The position numbers and the translations under genes were made by a program. Below the pieces are notes generated by a model. That model was not told the origin of the DNA, made no database searches, and saw nothing but the letters and a program-made list of their open reading frames with translations. Of a stretch of 64,000 bases of DNA, positions 12,395-24,852 are shown piece by piece. Location of the stretch: NCBI RefSeq assembly GCF_000150275.1, contig NW_002060969.1, positions 186,001-250,000 on the forward strand, read 5' to 3'. The first letter of the stretch is position 1. Each line of letters starts with the position of its first letter. Origin of the DNA: Trichoplax adhaerens (Eukaryota > Animalia > Placozoa).

Positions 12395-14456
12395 ATGCCA
12401 AACGAGATCGAAACCAAAGTTCGCAATCTTCTTTCAACGGTACTGTGCTACTATGTTACCGATTTCGGAAAACAACTTCTACATTGTAAATGATACGGCA
12501 ACAACAATATATTGACTGTATTTTACTGTGCTTGGGTTTTAGTATCGGTACAGTGATGATGCGATAAAAGATACACTCACCGTTTTAAGGACCTTTCAAA
12601 ACTTTAGATTGGATTTGTCAAAATATAGTAAGTTCTAAACTATTTCATACTCAATACAGGCAGGAGTGTTAGGAATATAAAACTGTTTCGAGATGCGTAT
12701 TGTGCTTCTAATCAGGTTAATTAAATATTATTTAGCGTATAACGATGGTAGAGAAAGTAGCTTGTTCTGCATGGATGGAACCATTCCAGTTGTCTATAAA
12801 GGTATACTACGTAATTTTCATTAATAAAAGCGCATAGTAAAAGTGTCCATAATTTCATACTGTTTTCGTAGTATTCTACTGTAATGTTTTGTAGACATAA
12901 GTATGCGTATACTATATATATTTCTAGTAAAGTGTACATACGTGATCTTTGCTTCAGGAACGACGTATAACATTCCTATTTGCATCTACTTGGAAAAAAA
13001 TTACCCTCATCAGAGTCCTATTTGCTTTGTTCGCCCCACAAACTACATGATCCTCAAACAAACGAAAATCGTGAATGCTGACGGAAAAGTTAGCATTTCG
13101 TACTTATTAGATTGGAGATATGTAAGTATCAAGACAAATTTCGTTCTACTTTATAAAATGGAAATATGTTCTTAACCGCTATTAATAAAAACTTTCTATT
13201 TCAGCCTCAGTCAGACCTAACTACGTTTCTGCAAGTATTATGCCTACAGTTCGCAGACGAGATGCCTGTTTATAGCAAGAAGGCCACGTCTTATCCTTCA
13301 CAAACATCTCAACCTGGTTACTCGTCCTCTCTACAGTCTTCCTATCCCCGTTACAGCAATCCAAGACAACCTTATCCTCCACCGAATGTCAACCCCAATG
13401 CCAATCTTCCCTATCCTCCAACCAGCTCTTATGGTATGCCACAGCCTGGCAACCCAAGTCCTTATCCACCAGCTTCTAGTACTGCTTCCATTTCATATCC
13501 TTCATTTCCCTCGCCTCGACTCGGAGATATTAATCCCTCAAATGAACAAGTAATGTATCAGTCACTGTTAACATCTGTTGAAGAGAAATTAAAGAGGCGC
13601 TTAAACGAAGCTTTAGAAGAAGGCAAGACAGAAATCGAATCTCAAATGCATATAGAAAATGAATTGAAGAAAAGTTCCACTATTCTAGAAGACAAATTAA
13701 AGCGGTTAAAGGAAGAAGAGGTGTGACGAGAACCTCTTACTTATGTATGATCTGGGTGATTTTTTTAAGACAGTTTTAAATTCTGTTTTTAGGATCAGGT
13801 TAGGGCTGAAATCGATACTATGTCCACGAAATTGAGTGAACTGCATCAAATTGAGTCTCGTGTCGGCACAGACCCATCGAAACTTAACATTGATGATGCT
13901 ATTATTACGACTGCCCCATTATATACACAGTGAGTTACTCTTAAATGCTGAAAATATATTTATTTCCTACTATTAGAATCATTTTTCAGGCAGTACTGTA
14001 TTAGGAAGATCAGTTTAATTCTGATCTCATTTTACGTGTATGTACTCATATACCAGAAATTCAGTAAGTTTTAACTCATTAGCCAAGTTTCACAAATTAA
14101 TTTCATATTTATTTCACAAGAATTCTTAATCTGCATACCGAGGAATGTGCTATAGAAGACACAATTTATTATCTCGGGGAAGCTCTGAGAAGGGAGGTTA
14201 TCGATCTAGAAATATTTCTTAAAGTAAGTTTTTGGAAGGGTCACTGGATTGTATCCGCTTTAGCCAATAAAAGACCCAGCAAAATTCTAATTGTAATTTT
14301 GTAATTACTATTATACACGTACATGCAGGAATTTCATTATTATATTGCAAACTAAATGATATGTTTATTACTTAGCATGTTAGGTCTTTATCGAGGAGGC
14401 AGTTCATGCTAAAGGCTCTAATTCGAAAGGCTAGAGCAACTGCTGGACTTCCTTAG
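12395..14456 (+). CDS. TSG101: Tumor susceptibility gene 101 (ESCRT-I Vps23), 8 exons
   Basis: Exons at 12395-12439, 12543-12627, 12736-12801, 12958-13121, 13205-13720, 13793-~13929, 14121-14223 and 14376-14456. They encode a UEV domain ('DGTIPVVYKGTTYNIPICIYLEKNYPHQSPICFVRPT'), a Pro/Tyr-rich linker, a coiled coil and a steadiness box ('AIEDTIYYLGEALRREVIDLEIFLKHVRSLSRRQFMLKALIRKARATAGLP*'). Confidence 0.96.
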
Positions 14457-14771
14457 CTGGTAAATTACTTCAAGAAATGTTACATTGATCATACGGGTTA
14501 TTTGCTTGAGTATTTAATTTGAACAAGAGTCCAATAATTAGAACAAATAGTACCGACTAGAAAGCGGGTTTTGCAACGCTCATTCTTTAGACAGTTGTAT
14601 GCTTTCTATTTTCATAGTTACTTTTTTATTTGACGTTATACAATTTTCTGTTAATTAATCTATCAGCATATTGCAGGTCTAAAGTTAAAAAATCATCATG
14701 TTTCGACGTCCGTAACATAATCTTGATAAATATATTCTAGGTGTAATGATACACTATGTTAAACGTTAATA

Positions 14772-17700
14772 CTAAACAGAAATAGTTTTAAAAATATTGA
14801 ATCCATCTTGTGCAGTACTGATAATAACACCAGGGAGCTGCGAATGCCAGTGAAGCTCTTTAATGTCTTTCTGTCCCTAATGAATATATGAAATAAAAAT
14901 TTAAAAATACCTGCAGTTAGGCATATACGAGCATAAGGCAACGTTTTTACTTGATGAATAAACAGCAATTGCGGGGGTACGTCAATGTCCTCATGTTCGC
15001 CGTTGGCTTCGACGTCTTTCTCTAAGGCTAAATCCCAGACAGTTAACTAGGAAATTAACATAGTCAACTTTTAATATGATGGCAATTCCTTCCGTTTTTT
15101 TGATTAGCTTAGTGAGGTAGAGTACCTGATCATCAGCACCTGCAGCTGCAAATACCGTACTGTCAATAGGGTACCATTCTACAGATGTAATTGGCGCTTG
15201 ATGGTGCTTGAATGTTGCAACAGGTCTTTTACTGTAAATATTTACAATACAATTATAAGTATAGAAAATTCGGAAACGTGATTTAAGTCTGCCCTCCTGA
15301 AATAAAGCCAGCGGGAAAGTAGTTAATACTAAGTAATTAATACAAAATAGATGCTATGCAATTGCTTTCTTAGTGTGTGTGGCAGTCATGTGTAGGATAC
15401 CATTAAGGGATCAGTAATACAGTATTGCGTATAAGTGATATGCTATTGGACAATAGGGTCTCACTAAGCCAAAGCACAAAACAAGTATACTCGTACACAG
15501 TACGTTCCATAAAAATACACTTAACCTAATCATGAAATGAATGTAGTAAAATAATAAATTCGAAGTATTATGTTATGGAAGAAAGAAATATCATAGAGTA
15601 CCCTACAATAGTATCTTCCAAGGGCTTGCTATGTACGAGCACATTAAGACCTGATATATAGAATATCAATCACACCTTTGGAGTCGTCGAAGATCCCAAA
15701 CGTTTAAAATTCCGTCATCGCCACCTGATAGCAGAAAAGGATCATTGCTGGAAATGGAGTATGACGCCAATTAGCTTCATTATTAGCTAATAATTCTCAT
15801 GAGAACTCTAATAGACAGATAAGTTACTTATTCCACGAGATAACATTAACATCATCTGAGTGGGCTTCCACCGAAATCATGCACCCCTTTTGCTTTGCAA
15901 TTCTAATATCCCAAAATTTTACCGTCTTATCTACAGAACATGATGCAAATACCTATAAAAAGCAAATATACAGAATAAATAGCGTAAATACCAAGCCAAA
16001 ATGCTAAAAATACTGCAAATAAAGAACGATCCGTTACAGAATCTTCATTGGGGCTCCATTGCAAATCTTCGACTGACTTTGTATGTCCTTGGAATGGAGT
16101 TGGCTCAACAGCCCAGGTCTCATTTATCGGATTCCATAAGTATATATCTTTCTTTTGATCTCCTGTTAGTAACCTTTTAATTTAAAAAGATCGTCTTAGG
16201 AGTCATATTTCTATAAATATAGCTTTACTACATAAACGTAACATGAATACTGCCTTCCATAAACGATCTTGGACCAATCCATAGCGAACCCTTCAGTCTA
16301 TAGTCAAAAGTTGTACAATGTTTAATTATCAACCAGTTTTGGACATGAACTTAAAATTATCGCTAGTAAGATGGTTTTTATGCGCATATTAATAATAACC
16401 GAGTGTTTGTTAAACGAAAACAGTGGTGTTTGACGACTGTGTCCAGCGCCTATACAAGCGTTCTCATCATCTTTATCAATCGACATAAGTTCTTTAGAAA
16501 TATCCCAGATATGAACACAACCTGTATCGGACCACGTGGAAACTATGTGCCTATTTGGTATTAAAGCATGCTAAAGTAGTTATAAAAATAAAAATTCTTA
16601 GTTTGAATTAAGAAATTAAATGAGTCAGAATGGTAGATACGTTTAGACTGTATTACAGCGTACCCTTATCCTATTTACAGCCCCTTCATGATGTATCGAT
16701 TTTATATCCAAGCTAGGACCACAGTCTATCTTTTGTTCTTCGTCACTATCAGAGCAGTCACCTTAAATAATTATGATCATATTAACATGTCACTATAGAT
16801 TTTAACAAAAATCATTTACTATGACTATTAATAATTTTTCTGAATATTACATTTAAGTTACAATATTTAACAGATAATACCTTCTTTATACGTTTTATGC
16901 AAGTTTGACATTTTTACAACAATAACACTATTCTTATTCATTTCATCAGCTTGGGTTCCTGCTACCAGATACGCGGTCATAGGAAACTGAAAAGTTCCGA
17001 TGAAGGTGATTAAATACGATATTACGAACTCATCTGACCTACATTGTTTAAGTCACATCATTACAATCAGCAATATTTATAGTAGAGTAATGACATGACT
17101 TAAGCTCTAAGAATGACTGCTGCGACTGCAGAAAGCCACTACGTAGAATTTTAAAAGAATACTAATTCACTCAAGGTTCAAACCTCAGTTCGATTTTCTC
17201 CCAAACTATCAGGAACAACGCTGAAACTTAAACATGGGTAGCCAGTCTGAGCCTAGAAAACAGATTTATAGACAAAATTATCTACAGGCTTTAAAAACAA
17301 CTAAAGTCATAACAATAAAACACAGTACTGTTCTATATCGCATAACATAATCAAAGGTTATACATAAAATAGATCTTATACAATCAGTACTCCAAGGAAA
17401 GTATTGAGCTACTGTAATTCAGCCATAATACTGTATGTTAGTACATAATCTTGTTTTAATCCCGACATACTTGAAAAAGAATTATAAAAACATCGTAAAC
17501 TGTAATACATGGATAAAAATATTGTAGTTCTTTTCGTAATCCGGTCTATGCATACATAACATTGCTATAGTTTACTTGTTAAGAATCTTACTGAGCAGTA
17601 ATTCAGGTACGAGGTAATATGAATGAAATCAGAATTAGTGTACTGTACGTGCTAACCGCATGGTACATATAATAAGCCGATTCTTCCATGACAAGATCAT

Positions 17701-18679
17701 CATTTTCTGTAGTTGCATTTGTAGCATTGTGAGGAACATAAACCTAAATGGTTTAATTCAGAAGGTAGTAAGTAGTTAGGCAATCTGAGCTGAGCATAAT
17801 ATAATAATAATATCAAATACTGTAATCGAAACAAGCCACCGCATTGCTAGTTACAATGCAGCATTGCCAAACGAATCAGGACTTGGTCTATTGCAGGTAG
17901 TATAGCAAACGTATTAGCTGAAAGTTTTATTAAAACAAGACTGCGTAATACCAGATTTGCAAATCGCTAAAGATTGTATAATACTGTACGATGATTTATG
18001 CTGTCTCAACAATATTTGTGTGTGCGTATAAACTTTTCGTGATTTCCTTACAGTGCATGTCCGATGCTAGCTGTACAGTGCAGTATGTCATTTTCCATAT
18101 TTTCTTCTAGGACGCATTAGCACACAAGTGCATGCAGTGTACTGTATAGTAAACACTAACTGGGCTACATGCAAAGTTTAGAATTAACCGCACTGTACAT
18201 ACAACCGGTATAAGTATAAAAAACAATTTTAGTGGATGCATGTTAGCTAATGACTACGGATAACAAACGTAGTAGACAAGTTAAAGTATAATACGATCCA
18301 TTTCATTTTTGCCGTTTCGAGGCATATACATACAGCACGTTACCAAGTTTACAACGTACAGACGGTACACTACTTAGTGTTGTCCATAACCTTATATATA
18401 AGATTTTTTCTCATATCTCTATCTCTATCGTGGTGTTGTCAGTTAATATTTTGCTTATAAGTTATTATCATGCACACTTGCAAAGTATTATACTGTAAAA
18501 TATAAATCACTGGTATTCAGAAAATTGCCTGTATATAATATGTTACATAGTTTACAACACTGCAATATTATCTGTAACTTTTTCATCTCTATTTTTCATC
18601 AAGGGATCATCTAAGAATAAAAGACGAGGTTTTCAACCTTGGTTTCCTGAGAGTCGTTTTCGTTCTCACTGTCTATCAT
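14772..18679 (-). CDS. GRWD1: Glutamate-rich WD repeat protein 1 (Rrb1; ribosomal protein uL3 chaperone), multi-exon
   Basis: Exons encode '[13 protein letters not shown]|[23 protein letters not shown]|[13 protein letters not shown]', 'EGFAMDW', '[14 protein letters not shown]', '[16 protein letters not shown]', 'PPQLLFIHQ|[34 protein letters not shown]'. The probable ATG is at 18679. Confidence 0.94.
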
Positions 18680-18834
18680 TTTAATCTTTTATCTTTCTGA
18701 TCTTTAAGACTTTAACCCGCAATCAGAAACCAGAAACAAGAGGTACAATGTTTCTGCGCAGAGGGCCTGATTACAGCTCTGAACTTAAAGCAGCATGATT
18801 CTGTATCAGGGAGATGCGGGAAATTTCGAATTTA

Positions 18835-19820
18835 TGGTACCAACGTACTGTACCAACAGAAAGTGGTCCTGGTCCTGTAGTACTGTACACTATACTGTAC
18901 TCAGTGTACAGTACTGTACTGCACAGATTGTGTAACTAACCATGCATATCCCCCGTTATTAATAATGCACTACGTAACGACATGTAACAGTACTGTACTG
19001 TATACATAAGTCTCATTTGTACTGTAGCGGAAACGCTCTTCAGAAGAAGAGTAAGAAGCATAGGGGCAAAATTGCTAAACGACTAAATGACTTCCTTACT
19101 TTCTTGCCACTCTCGAGCTTCCGAATCCGAAGCCCTGTTCTTACTGTGCTGTACTGTACCGTACAGTACACTGCGTTATAGTACTGTACTGCACTGTACT
19201 GTACATACTGTACTGTATGTACTGTAAAGTATGGACTAGTCTCTAATACTGTAATACTGTACAGTTATCATCAGCATGATGTGTGATCTCACACTCTACA
19301 GTACAGTACTGTACAGTATGTACAGTACTGTACAGTACTGTAACACGATCAGCTTTACTGCACAGTACATTGTACTGTAGTCACGGTACAGTAATTTTTG
19401 AAACTTTCAAAACAGAAGAACGACACTTTTTTACAGCTGGTACTGACAGGTTGCCTTGAGTCCTTGACCGCTACTGTACAGTACCGTGTACGTAAGTAAC
19501 GTAACTATAGTACTGTACAGTATTGTACAGTGATGTAAATCGAGTTAGGTTCAAGTCGGGTTCAGCACTAAATTTTAAATTATTTAATTATTTAAAAGTG
19601 ACTGCTGTACAGTACAGTACTGTACTGTACTGAACTATACAGTACTGCACTATACTGTACAGTACACTACACTGTACACTCAGTGTACAGTACAGTACAG
19701 ACTGATACAGTGCACTGAGTACTGTACTGTACTGTACAGTGTACAGTATTATACTGTACTGTACTAGAAACTATTGCGGTTTCATTACTGTACAGTGTAC
19801 AGTACAGTACTGTACAGTAT
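18835..19820. repeat. (TACAG)n/(CTGTA)n palindromic array in the GRWD1/ABT1 divergent promoter
   Basis: Dense TACTG/CAGTA tracts at ~18835-19025, 19140-19390, 19470-19530 and 19605-19820, interrupted by GC-richer spacers. Confidence 0.9.
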
Positions 19821-19946
19821 AATTTTGTCCACAAAATGAATCATTGTGGCCCAATATGTACGAAATCTTCATTGATGTGTAGCTGAGTATTTTGCGCTAT
19901 TCGAAAAAAAGCAGAAAGAATCGTTTATATCAAAAAAAGGCTAGTC

Positions 19947-22202
19947 ATGGAGCGCAAGTCTGGCATCGTTTATATTAGTAGAATTCCACCACATATGAAT
20001 CCACTTAAAATACAGCGAATATTTTCACGCTATGGACAAATCAACAGGATCTTTTTACAGCCAATAGGTTATTCATTAATGATTAATATTAGAAGTAAAT
20101 TTGCATATGAAGTACCGTGCTGTACTTGGCGATTGTGGAGTAATATCAGATTTATTCATCGCTTTTTGAAAATGTTGATGCAAGTATGTAGAACAGTTAT
20201 TATATTATACACTATTATTACATTAACCAAAACTCGATTTATGCTAACACGTATTTGACTTAGTGAAAAGGTCATAAACCGATTTTAAATAATAGTACGT
20301 TGCATGTTCGCTGTGGAAAGGGAACCTTTATAACCATTCCATTGCCGCTGTGAATCCTCTACTTTTAAATCTTACTATTTTGGCAGTCATGTGTATTTTT
20401 TTGTAACCTGGCTAGAAGTACAGTACTGTACTGCACCCCACATTAAACAGTATGTTTTGACCAAGCGATCCGTTTATGTACAGTATGTCCATATTATTAC
20501 TTCGGTGGGCTGATTTTGACCATACGAAGTTTGTATGCGAATGGCAGCAGCGGTAGGCTATGGTTGGAGACTTGGAGTTAGAATTTTCTTACTGGAGCTT
20601 AGCCGTTTTTGATCTGCGCCAAACAAATGCAATATCAACCTAATAACTTATTACTGTATGCTATTATCACAAGATAGATTCTATTAGATGATCAATCATT
20701 CGTTTGCCTGTAACAGATTCTACTGAAATTGTCCGATCTAAAAGAATTCATGAAACAAAATTATACAGCGAAGGATGGATAGAATTTAAGAAGAAGAAAA
20801 TAGCAAAATCCGTTGCGTTTTCCCTAAACAATACAAAGATTGGTAAGCTGCTTTGAATGTAGATTAAAGCTCAAACGAAGTATGACACCCTTTTAAGCAC
20901 ACGATCTTTCACCACCATAGTAATACGGTATACCGTATATATTGTTTAATTTAATTAATTCAAGGAAAACTAAATAGCAAATGGGAATATAACGTTCTGT
21001 ACAACTATATTTTTTACTTGTTGGTAGGCCGCTCGTGTAAGCGTACCGATTAAAGTGATTACTGTACCGCGAATGCTCATAGATGCAGTTATACGATAAA
21101 CTCACGCTTAATAAATTGGTACAACTAAATTCTGTAAACTGATTTGACTCTTTTAGGTCGAAAAAATAGAGGCTATTATGATCACGATTTCTGGAACTTA
21201 AAATATCTACGAAAATTCAGATGGAGTCATTTAAATGAGAAAGCGGGTGATTCCTTTTATTTAAAATCAATCTAGTCTTAAATAGCCGGTGATTGCGAAA
21301 TTTTACTCCGTAGTATATTTTCTTTCCTTTATCACGCTTACTTTTCACTTTGAGCCATGATTTACGATCTCGCTTCGGGTTACAGCATTCTTGGGACTCA
21401 GTTAACTATGAAACTGCTTTTATGGGTTTCACACAGTGTTATTCTTCTTCTACATGTTATTTATGTTAGTCATGCCTTGATGTATGCATAGTATCAGTAA
21501 ATATTACTTCCTTTTGATATTGGAGCTACTCTTCTTTAATAGTAGCTATAATGCTATCATACCAATTTAATGCGATTTCTTGGGATAGCACGGTAGTTTA
21601 GGACGTCATTCATTGATTTGATGTAAATGTACAATTTGCAAATATTGACATGCATACTGATATAAGTGAAATTTAAAACACTTTGCTAACGGATCTTTTC
21701 GTATTTCGTGCGAAATTGGTTGCACTTGTCCATCCTAAAATGTTTAGGAGACGACTTTGTTACTAAGACATGTTAATTTATACTGCTTAACAACGTATTT
21801 ACTATTTATAGCTCATCATAATGTCATTAGAGAACAGCGCTTACGAACTGAGATTTCTTGGATGAAAAAACAGAATACTGCTTTTCTTGATAATTTGGAT
21901 AAGAGTAGAGCCATTGATGCTATAGTAAAGCGTAAGGAAAGTATTGGAAGCGAGCATGTAAAGGTAAGTTTACTGAGACTAAGTTCTTGTTCAAAATAAA
22001 AAACGAATGGTGATACTATTTTAAATGGAATATAATTAATTAATTTAGCTAAGTTAGTGATATTTGATCACCGTAAATGTAGGATCATCGAAAGAAATCT
22101 TTTAAAGATAAAAATTTCAGGAAAACAGAAATAAGGATAAAGGCTGATTGGAGCAATAGATCAGAATTAAGTGATTCTATATTATGTAAAATATTTTGTT
22201 AA
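19947..22202 (+). CDS. ABT1: Activator of basal transcription 1 / Esf2 (RRM protein, pre-18S rRNA processing), 5 exons
   Basis: Encodes 'SGIVYISRIPPHMNPLKIQRIFSRYGQINRIFLQP', 'YSEGWIEFKKKKIAKSVAFSLNNTKIG', 'YYDHDFWNLKYLRKFRWSHLNEK', 'REQRLRTEISWMKKQNTAFLDNLDKS'. Stop TAA at 22200-22202. Confidence 0.93.
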
Positions 22203-23619
22203 CGTAGTGACATGATTGCGTTCAATCGATTGTATCAAGCAATATTGTGTTATTTTCTTAATGAAGTCTGTACTAGTTATACATGTTAAGCATGGAACGC
22301 TTCGTCTCTTAAAGTGATGCATATTCTTTGTATTTTATTCGCATGCGCACGGTGAGATTTCGATACCAATGTGTTTTTAGTCAAGGGACTCTAATCCATG
22401 AGTATAGCTGATAAATGTTTTAATATTCTTCGTGTGTGTCTTAAAGTAGTAATTTTTACTTAAAGTTTGGATCTGTCTCGTAACGGCAATGGAAATTGTA
22501 TCTTATGAGCAAGGTAAGCTACTAAAATTTTTTAAAGTGAGATAAATTAAAGAGTCCAATTTCCGGAAGTTAACTTATACACTATTATTCAAAATATCGT
22601 GTAATTCCCGGTTGTACTCCATTGTGTATACTCATTGACTACTTAATTTTTTCGAAGTAAAATTAATTAGAGAGTTTTAATTTAAGATGATCTATTATCA
22701 CTAAAATTTTTATCCCTTTAAGTTTCATACTGATGCTTACCAGTAAATATTATAACTATATTTCATATAAATTCCGTGATATTTTGAGGAGGGTTTGTGT
22801 GTCATACTGTACTTACAACTATCGTACTTCGTTTTCAAAACTGGTACTTGTTACCAACATAGTATAAAACGAATTTTTCGGAGCTGTAATAATAAAATGG
22901 TCTAATATTTATTATCATAAGTACTGTAATCCTGTTCTCCTAGCTGTACATCGATAACGATAGACCGCTTCGTATATGTATATCATAGCAAATGAAAGGC
23001 GAATGCAGAAATTATTTAAGTATAAATGTAAAACCTTTATTTTACTGTGCATCTAAAAAATGTAGAATATCTTAAGATTCTGGATTCTAAGTAGAGGGAT
23101 ATACGCACGTACATTTTCCCTCATTCTGATCTAATCATATAATTATTCATATACTGTACATTTAATGTGTATTTATTTGTTATAACTAGTAAGCATTATT
23201 ACGGTATTGTTAATAAACTGTATGTATGATATACTGTATATTATATGTATATATATATACTGCACTAGTAAAACTTGCAGCAAGACACATTATTACTGTA
23301 CTCCAAGTTCCTGACTGCATCCGCATTGGAACTTTCACATTTATCGTTGCTAAAATCTACATTGGAACAATTATACAATACCTTATATGCGTACAGCCCT
23401 ACACCAATAAGTGATATCACATGCCAGACTGCCTACGTATAAATTATACAGCACAATATAACATAGATAGGTTCATATTTCCACCAGGCAGTAGCATCCT
23501 CTTATATGTCTATCTAACGTTCTACCTATGTACTGCCATTCTCAATCTGTAAATAAACCTGTTCTTCATCCTCTCATCATCTTTGACATCTGTCATTGTT
23601 GTCTCCCAATCAAGCATAT

Positions 23620-24730
23620 TACTGTACAATGAGTGCACTGACGTACTGTACAGCAAATAATTTTGGTATGTACTAGTACAGTACAGTCCTGAGCATGTTT
23701 ATTTTCTCTTTAGATATAGAAAAAGGGGAAAAATAGGACTGAACTAACGTAAAAATACCGTACTTTATACCGACATGTAGCTAGAGGGCTGAAGTTTTCG
23801 TATATGTTGATAGATGTACAGTACAGTAAGTTATTCACAACTGTCTATGCAAGAATTTCTACAGTACTGTACAGTACTTTGCCATCTAGAAATCTGAAGA
23901 ATTAATAAACATGCCATACTGTACAGTACCATGCAGTGTACTGTATTGTATCTGCAAATTGTGCATCGTACAAGACTCGACAATGTCGAGTCGATATCCT
24001 ATAAAGGCTAAACTAGAGTAGAAGATCACTCATTTTCCTTCAAAAAAAACATAAAACAATCTACAGTACAGTAGACATCATGGCGTAATATACTGTATAC
24101 TGTACTGTACAGTACAGTACCGTTACTAGCATACTGTACTGTACGTACAGTACAGTACAGTACAGTATTTTACTTTAAGTTAATTACAGTACAAATACCG
24201 TAACATTTGCAGCGAAGTACTGTACAGTCCCAATCCTGACACACTTAAAAATTTCCGGCTGTTATACTGTAGTGTACGTACAAGGTAAAAATTAGAAGAG
24301 AAAAGCCCTCTTCTCCTGTGGATATCCCTCGAAGACGAAGACAGATCGGATGAAATCATGAAATGAAACTAAGGTGACATCATTTCGAGTCGAGATTTTA
24401 TAGTACAGTACCAGACTAACTTACAGTACAGTACTGTACTATACAGTACAGTATTTAGTACTGTACCTTACAGTATTCAGTACTGTGGTTACAGTATTTA
24501 GTACTGTACTACTCAGGATTACAGTAGAGGGAAAATGGAGTCCCAGTCTCCCAGAATTACCACATTACTGTAGTGTACTGTACTGTACTGTACACTGTAC
24601 AGTATAGTAAGGTACTGTAGTTCATTATTGACTGTACCATAGTACTGTACTGTACATACTGTACTGTTTATTTATTTATTATTAATTAATTAACTTAACA
24701 GTTAATAAGGAGATTACGGTACAGTACGCA
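23620..24730. repeat. (TACAG)n/(CTGTA)n palindromic array upstream of Tubby
   Basis: Densest at 24060-24230 and 24400-24725. It ends ~130 bp before the ATG at 24853. Confidence 0.88.
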
Positions 24731-24852
24731 GTCTGTGATCGTTGTCTTGGAGAAGAAACGTTGGACAGATTAACTTAAAATTTGATGACACCCAAACTAC
24801 TAAAGTTTGTGGCTACGAATCTAATTCTGTATTAACGACATATTTATCTATC

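Noticed and set aside
16248-16256. Possible GC donor in GRWD1 (GGAAG|gcagta)
   Set aside because: A same-phase GT donor three bases away explains the junction equally well, so it cannot be resolved from sequence.
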